In this document: in pieces, positions 1 to 10,142 of the stretch
Numbering within the stretch: the first letter of the stretch is position 1
How the letters are laid out: the number at the start of each line of letters is the position of its first letter
DNA from: a virus
DNA: 64,000 bases
Reading direction: 5' to 3' (one strand)
IMG/VR virus record: IMGVR_UViG_3300023174_000075
Coordinates: 1-64,000 of that record
Program-made: the position numbers and the translations under genes
The notes under the pieces: generated by a model
Seen by the model: only the letters and a program-made list of their open reading frames with translations
Database searches by the model: none
Told to the model about the DNA's origin: nothing

Positions 1-188
1 TGCAAAACATATGATTTAGCTAAAGCTCCTTTATCATTGTTAACGTTAACGCTAGATTGCATCTTAATCCATGAATTACGAGAATTAAGATATTGTATAT
101 TATCAACAGTACGATTAACCATCGCATTTTGACGACGATTCAATGATGCTTTTATATTTTTATGAAACGTTTCTCTAAATATTGACAT
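1..188 (-). CDS. 5' part of a probable baseplate/structural protein (runs off the window; MSIFRETFHKNIKASLNRRQ...)
   Basis: Translated by hand: ATG at 188, open to base 1; follows the upstream gene by 6 nt. Confidence 0.7.
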   Translation of the reverse strand, partial: MSIFRETFHKNIKASLNRRQNAMVNRTVDNIQYLNSRNSWIKMQSSVNVNNDKGALAKSYVL

Positions 189-194
189 AACATT

Positions 195-500
195 TTATCT
201 GGCTTTATTAAAATTATTAAATAGATACATAACATCAGAAAGATTTTGTGGTATTCTTAATTGAGTACCTGGTATTGGAAATAATGAACCTTTAGTTACA
301 TTATTGTTGGCTGCTGATATAACCCACCATGCTTCTGAGTCATTATAATAAAGATAGGCTAGGTAATCAAGTCTGTCTCCAATAGTTGTTATAACATATA
401 TATCACTTTCTAATAAAGGAATATTAGGGTAATATTTTCCTTTTTCATAAGGAACGTTTTGGGATGTTTTTAGTATTGTTGGGTTATCGTATCGTGACAT
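195..500 (-). CDS. LysM-like baseplate protein (T4 gp53 / P2 gpX-like)
   Basis: GDRLDYLAYLYYND..WWVI..AN...PG..LRIP pattern; located downstream of tape measure. Confidence 0.75.
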   Translation of the reverse strand: MSRYDNPTILKTSQNVPYEKGKYYPNIPLLESDIYVITTIGDRLDYLAYLYYNDSEAWWVISAANNNVTKGSLFPIPGTQLRIPQNLSDVMYLFNNFNKAR

Positions 501-514
501 AATTATAAATATTA

Positions 515-2926
515 TTATTTAGTTTTAGTTCCCAATCCAAAGCTTCCTGTTATATATTGGGTACTATTACTACCTGTTAAGTAATTCTGTGCTATATGAG
601 ATACAAAGTTAGTTTCAGATTCTTTATTTGATAATCTATTTTTATTTCCTGTTTGAGAACCAATAGGTGTAAAGCTTAGTTGTACTTCAATAATGTGAGG
701 TAAAATTAATTTATCTTTATTACCATCAATATTAATTTCCCAAGGTGAGTCAGTTGATACTGTATAGGTTAATGAATCAAATATTCCTGGTTGGCTATTA
801 ATATAGTTTCCAACTGTCATTCTAACTAATGGACCCCTCATTAATCCTCCATCCTGACTTACATAGTCTGGCATTAAATTGCTCATTAAAGCATTTAATT
901 TTTGATACATAGGTTTCATTTCTCCTTCTGATAAAGCTGCTACTTTAAAACTTATATTTATTTTACGAGTAAATCCAGTATACACATAAAATTTTTCTCC
1001 TCTACCAGCATATTTTATATCAGTCCAATCTGCATTTACACTATCTGATAAATTTGTTATATATGCTCTAAATACCATATATACTGATTTAGTTGATGGA
1101 GATGTAGCATCAATAGCTTCAATCATAAACGGAACTAGATCTTTTATTCTATAAGGGTTTGAATTAATAGTTACTGAGTCCCAACTTGCTGCTTCTCCTG
1201 GTCTTGCTGAAAATATTGGAGTTAGGTTGATGGAATCTTGTCTTCCACTGCCAAAATTAGTTTCACGAGAAACTTTATCCCAACGAGAAGCACTAATGAC
1301 AACCGCTTCATTATATCCATTTTTATAAATTATAGAACCAAGTAAATCTGTTTTATCATCATAATTCCCTATAGCATTATATACATCATTATACCCATAT
1401 ATATTATTTCCTTTTCCTCTAATAGTGTTATATATTCCTATTAAAGGACTATAAACTGCATCTAATGTTTGAAGATCATATGTATCGTTATCAACTTGAT
1501 CATAATCAGCATATTGTCGAGTTTGTGCTAAAGAGGATGCTATGTCACTATTATCAAAATCATCAACTTCAGGATGTGATCCTATTTCATAGGTGGTGCT
1601 ACTTTTAGATACTCTTTTATTTGATCCTAAAGCATTTCCTATTAAACTGGAATTTTTTGGGTTTGGATCTATATAATCTAAAGAATGCCTATCATCTGAT
1701 TGTCCAAGTTGCACATATTTACCAGCATTTTCTCTACTATGTCTTAAAGATTCTTCTATTTTGGCTAAATCTTCAGTAAAAGAATATCTTCTAATAGATG
1801 TAAATCCAAGTCCATAGGTTGAACCAGGACCCGTTAAATAATCATCTATATTTGTTTTAGTAGAATCAGGTAATTTTAAATTTTTATATTTAATTCTATC
1901 ACCAAATAATCTTAGGGGAGATGAAAGAACAGATCCAAAAACCTCTAGTGCTCCGAATACACCCTCTTCTCCAAAAGCAAGTTCTTCAGCAGCTGCTGTA
2001 TTTGCTGTTATTAAGCGATTTGCTCTTCTAGTAGCTCTAGTTTGTCTACGAGCAGCTCTTCTACCTTTTCTATTTATTTTTTTAGTGCTTCTTCTTAACT
2101 TTCTAAGTATCTCACTTGCATTAACTGCCTCTCCTTCTCCATCTCCTAATTCAAATTTTTGTGTTAATCTTAATAATCTATTTGAGGGTGGTTCTAATGC
2201 ATTTACAAGTCCACTGCTGCTTAATTTATTATTTACTAATTCATTATTCCATTTAGTTATATCTTCATACTTATCATCATTAGAGATAGGTAATAAGCCA
2301 TGTCTTAAAATATGGCCACCAATATAATTAACAGGGATTTGAGCTATAGTGTTAATACCTAAATTATATAAGCGAGTAGGTTCTAAATATCCTCTAGTGG
2401 TAGTTCCTACTATATTTCCTAATTGACCTGTTAATATTGAATTACCTACTTCTTTTATAAGCTTCCATGGAGAATTAGAAAATGCCGATATTTTATATCG
2501 TTTCCATTCTAATCTAGGATTAGTCAATTGCATTGCTGCTTGACGAGCTAAAAATAAAGGACCTTTAGGTGTATCAGTAAAGAATTTAGCTATACGAATA
2601 GTATCTGTTATAGAAGCGTTAGTAGCTCCTATAGCACCTCCTCTAATAAAACCATCATCAATTTTTCCAAATTGATCAATAGCAATACCTGCTTTTAATA
2701 AAGCTTCATCTGCATTAAATTTATCTATTCCAAACCAACCGCCTACATTAGAAACACCATTAAGAAATTGTTTTAATAATGGATTTCTAAGAAGTAAATT
2801 TAATGATGGTGATATTGGATTATTTATATCCGTTTGAATATATGGTTGACTACTACTTCCTCCATTAGGACCATCATGTCCGTATTTAAGGGATTTAAGA
2901 TTTGTTTGTAGATTTATTAAAGGCAT
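515..2926 (-). CDS. Putative baseplate / tail-tube initiator protein (gp48/gp54-like C-terminal domain)
   Basis: C-terminal W...KYAGRGE.FY.Y.G.TR.I.ISF...P.VR.T.G pattern typical of tube-fold baseplate proteins; synteny. Confidence 0.55.
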   Translation of the reverse strand: MPLINLQTNLKSLKYGHDGPNGGSSSQPYIQTDINNPISPSLNLLLRNPLLKQFLNGVSNVGGWFGIDKFNADEALLKAGIAIDQFGKIDDGFIRGGAIGATNASITDTIRIAKFFTDTPKGPLFLARQAAMQLTNPRLEWKRYKISAFSNSPWKLIKEVGNSILTGQLGNIVGTTTRGYLEPTRLYNLGINTIAQIPVNYIGGHILRHGLLPISNDDKYEDITKWNNELVNNKLSSSGLVNALEPPSNRLLRLTQKFELGDGEGEAVNASEILRKLRRSTKKINRKGRRAARRQTRATRRANRLITANTAAAEELAFGEEGVFGALEVFGSVLSSPLRLFGDRIKYKNLKLPDSTKTNIDDYLTGPGSTYGLGFTSIRRYSFTEDLAKIEESLRHSRENAGKYVQLGQSDDRHSLDYIDPNPKNSSLIGNALGSNKRVSKSSTTYEIGSHPEVDDFDNSDIASSLAQTRQYADYDQVDNDTYDLQTLDAVYSPLIGIYNTIRGKGNNIYGYNDVYNAIGNYDDKTDLLGSIIYKNGYNEAVVISASRWDKVSRETNFGSGRQDSINLTPIFSARPGEAASWDSVTINSNPYRIKDLVPFMIEAIDATSPSTKSVYMVFRAYITNLSDSVNADWTDIKYAGRGEKFYVYTGFTRKINISFKVAALSEGEMKPMYQKLNALMSNLMPDYVSQDGGLMRGPLVRMTVGNYINSQPGIFDSLTYTVSTDSPWEINIDGNKDKLILPHIIEVQLSFTPIGSQTGNKNRLSNKESETNFVSHIAQNYLTGSNSTQYITGSFGLGTKTK

Positions 2927-2939
2927 CTAATAATTTTAA

Positions 2940-3302
2940 TTAGTATTGACCAGTTGATGGTCCTAAATCTGAATATTTCCTTCCAGCTTTTGATTTGTAT
3001 ATTTGAGTTACAACGCCAGTGCCATTTCCAGCAGCATAGTTGGTAGGAGCATTACTATCTAATTCATCAATTTGAGATGGGGTTGGTAATAATGTAAGGC
3101 CTTGGTTTGCTTGTCTATTAAAATCTATAACGCGTACATTAGGATCACCATCTACAGAATATGTATTTTGTAATTCACTAAGTTTTGGATCTAATGTATT
3201 AGCAGCTCCTAAGAAACCCCATCCTGGTTGGCTAGGGCGTGGATTTAATCCATTACCCTGTAAGCTATATAAACTATTGCTTAATTGATCTATTATTGCC
3301 AT
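2940..3302 (-). CDS. Hypothetical tail-region protein
   Basis: 120-aa ORF with an upstream ATATTTAT motif. Confidence 0.7.
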   Translation of the reverse strand: MAIIDQLSNSLYSLQGNGLNPRPSQPGWGFLGAANTLDPKLSELQNTYSVDGDPNVRVIDFNRQANQGLTLLPTPSQIDELDSNAPTNYAAGNGTGVVTQIYKSKAGRKYSDLGPSTGQY

Positions 3303-3341
3303 GTTATTTTATTTTGGTTATTTGATATAAATATTTGTTTG

Positions 3342-5396
3342 TTATGCTAATTTATATGAATTTATACTTTGTTGAGTACCAGTTGATACTTGTCTTCCAA
3401 CTTGTGTACCAACTTTTTGACTATCCATATAAATGTCGTTTGATTTAGTTTTCATTGTTTGGTGTAAACTATCAATTGCTGCTACTAATGCGCTATTGTC
3501 TCCACCACTTCTTTTTCCACCACCTAAATTAGTACCTGCTACTATTGTGTCATTATCATTAAATGCTGTGATGCTACCTTTATCAAGTAACATACGTTGA
3601 CCGTATCCTGGAGATATAACGTCATCTCCTTTTGATAACATAGATGTAAATCCTACAAGTGCGGCTGCTGCTACTGCTGCTGCTATACCAAATCCTATAA
3701 TAGGTATTGAAGCTGCGGATTTAGCCATTGTTAAAGCAGCCTCTACTGCAGTTTGTTGTGCTGCTTTTCTTTTTGCTGCAAGGTCAAGAAGGGTTATACT
3801 TAATGAGTATACTTGTCTTGCTATGTACACTGCCATAATAGCTGCTAAACCTTGTGCTGAATTAAGCATTGTGGCCATTGCTGAGGCTAGTTTTCCAAAA
3901 GCTCCTTCTGCCATTCCACCAACAGTAGCTTCTAATTGCATCATGGCATTATTAAATTTTTCTTGAATAGATTGTTGTTCTTTTTGTTTATCAAGATATT
4001 GATCTAATGCTAACCCTGATTTTTCAAAATCTTCTAATTGGGTTTTATTTAATTTAGCGGCTTCATCTCCATATTTGTTAATAGCTTTTTGTTGCATTAA
4101 CATTTCAGACATTTCATCTCTACTTAATCCAAATGCTTTTGCTAATGATGTTTGAGCAATAACATTCATATTTTGATATTCTTCTAACGACCCTACCTGA
4201 TCTGCTATCTCTCTAGTTAGATCTAATTGGTTACCAGTTAATGCTGCTTCTCTAGCTTTCTCTAAATTAATTTTCCTTCCAGTTATTAATTCAGCTTCTA
4301 ATTCATTTTCAATTGATGATTCAAAATCTAATAATGAATCTCCAATTTTATTTACTTGTTCTAAGCTGGATCCTAATTTTTTAGCTTCAACTACAGCTTG
4401 AGCTATTGCTTTGGGATTACCTTGAAATTTAACTAATATACCAGCACTTAATTTACTAATACTAGATAATAATTCTTTATCACTAATATTAATTCTATTA
4501 GCTTGTTGAGCATAAAAAGCACCTTTACGTAAATCAGATACATATTCTCTTGTGGATTTTCCTGAAGCGGCTGATAGTGTTGTTAATTTTCCTGCTTCAT
4601 CTGCTGATAACCCTATTATTTCTGTTAATTTTGAAAAATTTTCTAATTGTTCTGCGCTAAATTGGGCTTGGAATCCTAATTGTTCTGTTAATTCACCTTG
4701 TGCTTTACTTAATCTTAAAGCATTAGCGTAACCCTCTTTTGATGCTCTAGAATAAGCATCAAAGCTATTATACATTTCAGCTGCAGCATCTCTGCTAATA
4801 CCCATGGATTTACCCATGCCTGTTATAGCAGTATCTGTTTTTTTAGCAGCATTTAATACAAATGTAAATATAGCGGATAAGGGTCCTAGTAAATCATTAT
4901 ATAAAGACTTTAATTTTTTAAGTCTACTACCTAACATTTTATCTATTTCCCCTTGTTGTTTCTTTTCTTTTGTTATTTTATCTTCTTCTTCAGCAATTTG
5001 TACTAATTTTCTATATTGATCTTCAAGTGATTGGCTTATTTGCATTTCAGCCCTTGCTTGGTCAAATTTAAGTTTAGCTGTCTCTAATGCTTTTTGATTA
5101 CTTTTTGATTGAGTTTGAACGGATTTTGCTAAGGCTTTAGTATAACTTTCTTCAGCTATTTTTCTCTTTATTAAAAGTACCTCATTATCATCAGCTAACT
5201 TATTTAATTTTTTAGTAATAGATTCAGCATCTTCTAGAGGATCAGATAGTTTTCTAGCTTCAACAGTAGCTTTTGCAAACCCACCTGCTAAATTCTTCCC
5301 CAATAAATCTCCAGATTCAATTATTCGTTGATTAATTCTATCCAATTCGGCATTGAATTGATCTAGTTGTTGTTGGGTGTCTTGTGATGTTGCCAT
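3342..5396 (-). CDS. Tape measure protein
   Basis: 684 aa, helical, Ala/Leu/Lys/Gln-rich, hydrophobic C-terminal segments; directly after the tail chaperone. Confidence 0.75.
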   Translation of the reverse strand: MATSQDTQQQLDQFNAELDRINQRIIESGDLLGKNLAGGFAKATVEARKLSDPLEDAESITKKLNKLADDNEVLLIKRKIAEESYTKALAKSVQTQSKSNQKALETAKLKFDQARAEMQISQSLEDQYRKLVQIAEEEDKITKEKKQQGEIDKMLGSRLKKLKSLYNDLLGPLSAIFTFVLNAAKKTDTAITGMGKSMGISRDAAAEMYNSFDAYSRASKEGYANALRLSKAQGELTEQLGFQAQFSAEQLENFSKLTEIIGLSADEAGKLTTLSAASGKSTREYVSDLRKGAFYAQQANRINISDKELLSSISKLSAGILVKFQGNPKAIAQAVVEAKKLGSSLEQVNKIGDSLLDFESSIENELEAELITGRKINLEKAREAALTGNQLDLTREIADQVGSLEEYQNMNVIAQTSLAKAFGLSRDEMSEMLMQQKAINKYGDEAAKLNKTQLEDFEKSGLALDQYLDKQKEQQSIQEKFNNAMMQLEATVGGMAEGAFGKLASAMATMLNSAQGLAAIMAVYIARQVYSLSITLLDLAAKRKAAQQTAVEAALTMAKSAASIPIIGFGIAAAVAAAALVGFTSMLSKGDDVISPGYGQRMLLDKGSITAFNDNDTIVAGTNLGGGKRSGGDNSALVAAIDSLHQTMKTKSNDIYMDSQKVGTQVGRQVSTGTQQSINSYKLA

Positions 5397-5423
5397 TAAT
5401 ACAATATTGTGTATATAAATATC

Positions 5424-5450
5424 AAAAGCGCCTATTTTTTAGGCGCCTTT
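5424..5450 (-). terminator. Intrinsic terminator overlapping the stop of the chaperone extension ORF
   Basis: AAAGGCGCCTA-AAAAA-TAGGCGCTTTT hairpin with U-run. Confidence 0.65.
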
Positions 5451-5695
5451 GCAGTATATGTTGGTTGAGGAGCTATGTTCGGACGTGCTACTTCACTTTT
5501 ATTTTTTAACGTATTATTTTGTTTTTCTATCTCTTCATTTTGCTTGTTATAATGTTCCTTCATCAAATTAAACGTAGTTCGACGTAACCATAAGGGCATA
5601 CTATATACGGTTTCCCAATCGTACCCACCATTACCATGAAATACTATTTCATGTATTTGTTTGAATAGATGTGGTCTATACTCCGGAGTCAGGCC
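5432..5695 (-). CDS. Tail-chaperone extension (gp51/gpT-like), probably expressed by frameshift from the upstream gene
   Basis: 87-codon frame GLTPEYRPHLFKQIHEIVFHGNGGYDWETVYSMPLWLRR...APKK* opening at a T7 run; no ATG before the internal MP motif; absent from ORF track. Confidence 0.75.
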   Translation of the reverse strand, partial: GLTPEYRPHLFKQIHEIVFHGNGGYDWETVYSMPLWLRRTTFNLMKEHYNKQNEEIEKQNNTLKNKSEVARPNIAPQPTYTAKAPKK

Positions 5696-6431
5696 AAAAA
5701 AAGTTTAATGAAATTGGGACTGTTATACCCTCCCCTGTATAACTTTCATCTTCTGGAATGAATTTCATTTCAACGTCTGGTTGAATACTATTATAATATT
5801 CACGTAATGCTCTAGCATCAGGTGCTAATAGGAAACCATCTACAAAATCACGAATTGATTTTAATTCACGATCACTATTGATAGAAGTAATTATATATTT
5901 TAAACGAGTAGTAACATCGTATGAGCCATTTGGATTTACTTTTGTTAATCCTTTAATTTCAGCATCAATTTTCTTTTCATCACCGTGTGTTAATAATTTA
6001 AATGTTACTGTATTACCTGATTTAGGTAAATCAAAGGTAAAATCATTACCTTTTTTAAATAATGATTCATCAATTTTCTTTTCTTCTAATTTAGATAAAT
6101 CAACAGTTGCCTCTAACTCTTTTCCACGGCCATCAGTGTATTTAAACTGATATTCAGCTCCATATCCTAAAATACGTGCTGAAATTAATATTGCATTTTT
6201 ATCACCAATTAATAAATCATCATAATTAAATGGTGTTACAATTAATGACTGCAATAATTTATCAATTACAGTGCCTTGGCGAATGAAATTGCTATTAGTA
6301 AGGATATCTTCTTCCTTAGCTGTCATATACTTCATTTCAATTTCACCTTTAGATAGTGGTGATTCTTTTGGATACAGTAAACCTTTGGAGGGTAACGAAA
6401 CGACTTCTGTTGGTAACTTTAATTCTGCCAT
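5676..6431 (-). CDS. Baseplate hub assembly / tail assembly chaperone (T4 gp26-like)
   Basis: LPS.G..Y...MTAKEEDIL...D..AILI.ARI.GYG; ends ISLNFFWP; lies between tube and tape measure. Confidence 0.75.
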   Translation of the reverse strand: MAELKLPTEVVSLPSKGLLYPKESPLSKGEIEMKYMTAKEEDILTNSNFIRQGTVIDKLLQSLIVTPFNYDDLLIGDKNAILISARILGYGAEYQFKYTDGRGKELEATVDLSKLEEKKIDESLFKKGNDFTFDLPKSGNTVTFKLLTHGDEKKIDAEIKGLTKVNPNGSYDVTTRLKYIITSINSDRELKSIRDFVDGFLLAPDARALREYYNSIQPDVEMKFIPEDESYTGEGITVPISLNFFWPDSGV

Positions 6432-6480
6432 AAACTTGTTTTATTTTATTTTGTTCGTATATAAATATATAAAAAGATAA

Positions 6481-7443
6481 CTAGATGTAAGCACTTATAA
6501 AATCTGAGTAAGTATTTGTTGCTGAATATACTTGATTAAATTTAGATACTGGTTTACCTTCTGTTGCAAAATACCCTCTAACTGGTGTTGCTCCGTTTGT
6601 TGTTATAGGATAAATTGTTGGGTCTTTTTGTTGATTATACGGAATACCACCATTTACTCCTGGTTCTTCTGTATCCAAATCAGTCATGGAAAATGTATTC
6701 TTTCCATTACTTCTATTTCTAGTAAATCTACTTTCACCTTTAATAGGATATGCATCTAAATAAGTATCTCCAGGAAACCACACTTGAGTAAATTGGATAG
6801 CAGGACCCGGATTTGATAATAAATTAGGTGTACCTGTTGCTAATGGAGGATAGTTTGTTGTTATGTCCTGTATTGGAGAAGAAAGTCGTTCAACATCAAA
6901 ATCGGTAATGTCTAATGTATTTTTTCCACGACCTAAATCCTCAGTAAATCTACTATTTCCAGCTATAGAATATCTATCTAGATACTGTTGGTCTGGGAAG
7001 AAAGGTTGTGAAAATCGTTGTGGGTATGATGGATTAGCATATAGTGTTGGGGTACCTGTTGTATATATTCCATATGTTGTAGAAATATCATCACTATAAA
7101 ACCCATTAGGACCATCATTTTCAACATCAAAATTAGTAATGTTAAATGTGGTTATCCCACGACCTAAATCCTCAGTAAATCTGCTATTTCCATCATAATA
7201 TATATCTAAATATTGTTCATAAGGAAACCAACGTTGAAAAAATCGATTAGCATGACCTGGGTTTGAATATATTGTGGGGGTACCTGTTGTATATTGTGGA
7301 TAGCCAGTTGATGTATCATTAGTTGGGGGAACAGTATATATATAATTACTATCCTCTAAATCTAGACTTGTTTTATCAAAAGATGCTAACAGTCCTAAAT
7401 TAGTAGTAAATGAAGGTACATTTAAATTAGGTAAAAAAGCCAT
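6481..7443 (-). CDS. Hypothetical protein made of about four ~75-aa tandem repeats
   Basis: Repeat T.(F/L)D.E...T.GTP...NP....F.Q.(W/F)FP...YLD.Y...G.SRFT. Confidence 0.75.
   Translation of the reverse strand: MAFLPNLNVPSFTTNLGLLASFDKTSLDLEDSNYIYTVPPTNDTSTGYPQYTTGTPTIYSNPGHANRFFQRWFPYEQYLDIYYDGNSRFTEDLGRGITTFNITNFDVENDGPNGFYSDDISTTYGIYTTGTPTLYANPSYPQRFSQPFFPDQQYLDRYSIAGNSRFTEDLGRGKNTLDITDFDVERLSSPIQDITTNYPPLATGTPNLLSNPGPAIQFTQVWFPGDTYLDAYPIKGESRFTRNRSNGKNTFSMTDLDTEEPGVNGGIPYNQQKDPTIYPITTNGATPVRGYFATEGKPVSKFNQVYSATNTYSDFISAYI
6926..7182. repeat. 26-bp identical direct repeat (6926-6951 and 7157-7182), 231 nt apart
   Basis: CCACGACCTAAATCCTCAGTAAATCT occurs twice, in frame within the repeat protein. 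Confidence 0.9.
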
Positions 7444-7471
7444 AGTATTATTTTATCATATATAAATATAA

Positions 7472-7502
7472 AGAAAAGCGCCTGTTATTAACAGACGCTT
7501 CC
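7472..7502 (-). terminator. Intrinsic terminator after tail tube gene
   Basis: AAGCGTCTGTT-AAT-AACAGGCGCTT followed by TTCTTT. Confidence 0.75.
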
Positions 7503-7524
7503 TTTTTATAATTATGAAGTATTC

Positions 7525-8010
7525 TTAGAAGTTTAGGATACAATAATCCATAGCAATTGTCATTGAAATACTAACAGCTGAGTCAGCACTCCAATCGTAA
7601 TCACCAAAAGTTGCTGTTTTAACATAAGCACCTTTAATAATCCATTCACTAACAATATCACCTACTGGACCTAAAACGTTCATTGTGATATCTTTTTTAT
7701 AAAAATCAGAATAACCATCACGGCCTGTTACTGATTCATGAGCCAAACGAGCCCATTCCATTACTGATTGAGCACCTGATGGAGTAACGGGATCGTATAA
7801 TTCTAAGCTCATATCATTCCATTTTACCTTACCTTTTACTTTACGGTAAACGTTGATATGATCTAAAATTACTTCACCAGCTTCAAAGCCAGGAGCTGCA
7901 GCTTTCTTAATTAGGTAAGCTGGGATACCATCTATATACATAATAAACCTATTTTGAACTTTTGGTTCAAAAGCGGTAAACATTATTTCATTTGGATTTA
8001 ATACGGCCAT
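7525..8010 (-). CDS. gp19: Tail tube protein (T4 gp19-like)
   Basis: EPK..NRF...GK.KW.D...D...V.EW...YKKD...W..KGA; follows sheath. Confidence 0.85.
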   Translation of the reverse strand: MAVLNPNEIMFTAFEPKVQNRFIMYIDGIPAYLIKKAAAPGFEAGEVILDHINVYRKVKGKVKWNDMSLELYDPVTPSGAQSVMEWARLAHESVTGRDGYSDFYKKDITMNVLGPVGDIVSEWIIKGAYVKTATFGDYDWSADSAVSISMTIAMDYCILNF

Positions 8011-8060
8011 TTTATATTATAATTTATTTGTTGTCAATAAATATATGGAACTACATCCCC

Positions 8061-9767
8061 TTATGCAGGGAATGTAGCGCCAGTTGGAAGGATATTGAAG
8101 TTTAAGATAATGAATTCAGCCGTTTTAGTTGGTTGAATATAAATTTGACCTACTAATTGGTTACGATCTACTACATCAGGAGTATTGTTTGAATCATCCA
8201 TTACTACTTTGTAAGCATATAAACCTTGACGTTGTACTACTGAACTTAAGTATGGGTTAACTTGTGATAAGAATCTATTACGAGTTACTGTTGTATTTTG
8301 TTCGAATACTAAACCACGAGAAACACCACCTATAAATCCTTTTAATGCGATCAATAAACGACGAACGTTTACGCGATCTAAAGATGTTGGTTTACGTTGT
8401 AATGTCTTTTGACCCCAAACACATACTCCAGTTCCTGGGAATGTTGCTAATGGGTTAACATTTGCTAGGTATAATGTATCTCTATCTGATTGTTGTAATC
8501 TTCTTTCAGCACGGATAACTGATGGAATACCACCTCTATTCAAACCTGCTGGTGCGAACCATTCAGCGCCTACTTGGTCGTTAAATGCTAATACACCGCC
8601 GATAACAGTTGATGGAGGACACCATACAGTCTTACCTAAATTACTTGAGAATAATTGAACCCAAGGCCAATATGTTGCTGCATAGTTACTTGAAGAACCG
8701 CCTGCTGCTGAAGTTGCTGCTGAAACTGATTGACCATAAACTGTAGCATCTGTGATTGCAATTGCATCACCTCTACCTTCTGCTGTAGCTATCATATTAT
8801 CATCAGCACCCGATCCTAAAGCAACACCTGGGGCTAATAATACATTGTATGAATATTCATCTGCATTTGATAATAGATTAAATGCTAAATTATAATCAGC
8901 TGGTTGGAAACCTTGAATATTTGATAATGAAATATTTTCATTCATTAATTTAGGTAATGCAGTATCAATAGCACCACCACTAAATGAACCACCATATGAT
9001 CCACTACCCGTAGTTGGTAAAGTTCCAGCATATTGAACAGTTCTGTAGTTACCATTATTGTCAATAGAATCTACGTTTGGTGATGTTACTGAAGCGACAC
9101 GAACATATTGAGAAGCATTTGGATAAGTACCATCATATGTTACATATCCATTAGCTACATCGTATTTTGGTTTTAAATCACCAATAACACGAGATACATA
9201 GTTTGGTAATTGAGGATCTAAACTCATGTTAGCCCATGTTTCTAAAATATTTTTTGTTGATTGATTATCGTCACCACGACGAACCACAATAGAGAATGTA
9301 CCTAAAATTGGATTAACATTAGTTACTTCCCAACGTACATTATAAGCAGATCCATTAGCTAAAGCGCCATTAGACATGCTAGAGGTATTATTCATTTTAT
9401 CACCCCAGTCTAATGTTTCAAGTACAAGTTGAGTTGTACTACCACTAGTTACATTTGAGGTAGCATATGTATTAATATTTGCTGTACCATTAATGATTCT
9501 AGTTACTAATAATGTTTGACCGCCATTGTTAAAATATTCCTTAGCCGCCATTGAAGTTAAATATTCAAAGTAGTAACTACCACTTTTAAATATATCACCA
9601 AATAGTGATAAATATTGACTATAAGTTGTAACGTATGTTGGTATATACGGACGACCACCAACTGTAGGGCCTACGATAGCGGCACCAAGGGCTGGTGGAG
9701 CTTGCGTATATGTACTTTGGTCTGATTCAATCTGGAATACACCAGGAGATAGAATTACTTCTGCCAT
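8061..9767 (-). CDS. gp18: Tail sheath protein (T4 gp18-like)
   Basis: SPGVF..E.D start, WFAPAGLNRG, WGQKT, RVNVRRL, VFEQN, PTKTAEFI. Confidence 0.95.
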   Translation of the reverse strand: MAEVILSPGVFQIESDQSTYTQAPPALGAAIVGPTVGGRPYIPTYVTTYSQYLSLFGDIFKSGSYYFEYLTSMAAKEYFNNGGQTLLVTRIINGTANINTYATSNVTSGSTTQLVLETLDWGDKMNNTSSMSNGALANGSAYNVRWEVTNVNPILGTFSIVVRRGDDNQSTKNILETWANMSLDPQLPNYVSRVIGDLKPKYDVANGYVTYDGTYPNASQYVRVASVTSPNVDSIDNNGNYRTVQYAGTLPTTGSGSYGGSFSGGAIDTALPKLMNENISLSNIQGFQPADYNLAFNLLSNADEYSYNVLLAPGVALGSGADDNMIATAEGRGDAIAITDATVYGQSVSAATSAAGGSSSNYAATYWPWVQLFSSNLGKTVWCPPSTVIGGVLAFNDQVGAEWFAPAGLNRGGIPSVIRAERRLQQSDRDTLYLANVNPLATFPGTGVCVWGQKTLQRKPTSLDRVNVRRLLIALKGFIGGVSRGLVFEQNTTVTRNRFLSQVNPYLSSVVQRQGLYAYKVVMDDSNNTPDVVDRNQLVGQIYIQPTKTAEFIILNFNILPTGATFPA

Positions 9768-9858
9768 TTTTTATGATTTATTTATAATTTACTTATTAAG
9801 AGTTACCTAATAATAAATATCTATAAAGCCATGCAAAACGCAGAAGTAATATGGGAGA

Positions 9859-10131
9859 TTATGCTGAGGTTATTTCTCCGGTTTCGATATTGATATTACC
9901 GTTTCCGTATTTTTCTTGTAGTGTAGCTAAAAGTTCTCTTTCTTTAGTACCTAATGTTTTAATATCTTCTAGGATATTAGTTTTTTCTTCTTCCAATGTT
10001 TGCTTATGGTAAGCTACTTCGGCTAATTGAGTTTCCATACTACCAAGTTCAAATACAAACTTATTGTATTGAGTTTGTAGTTCTTTAATCTTAGCAATTT
10101 CTTCTTCTGTTAATTTTTTTACTTCTGACAT
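9859..10131 (-). CDS. Small coiled-coil hypothetical protein
   Basis: Heptad-rich, ends KYGNGNINIETGEI. Confidence 0.75.
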   Translation of the reverse strand: MSEVKKLTEEEIAKIKELQTQYNKFVFELGSMETQLAEVAYHKQTLEEEKTNILEDIKTLGTKERELLATLQEKYGNGNINIETGEITSA

Positions 10132-10142
10132 ATGTTTTTTAT

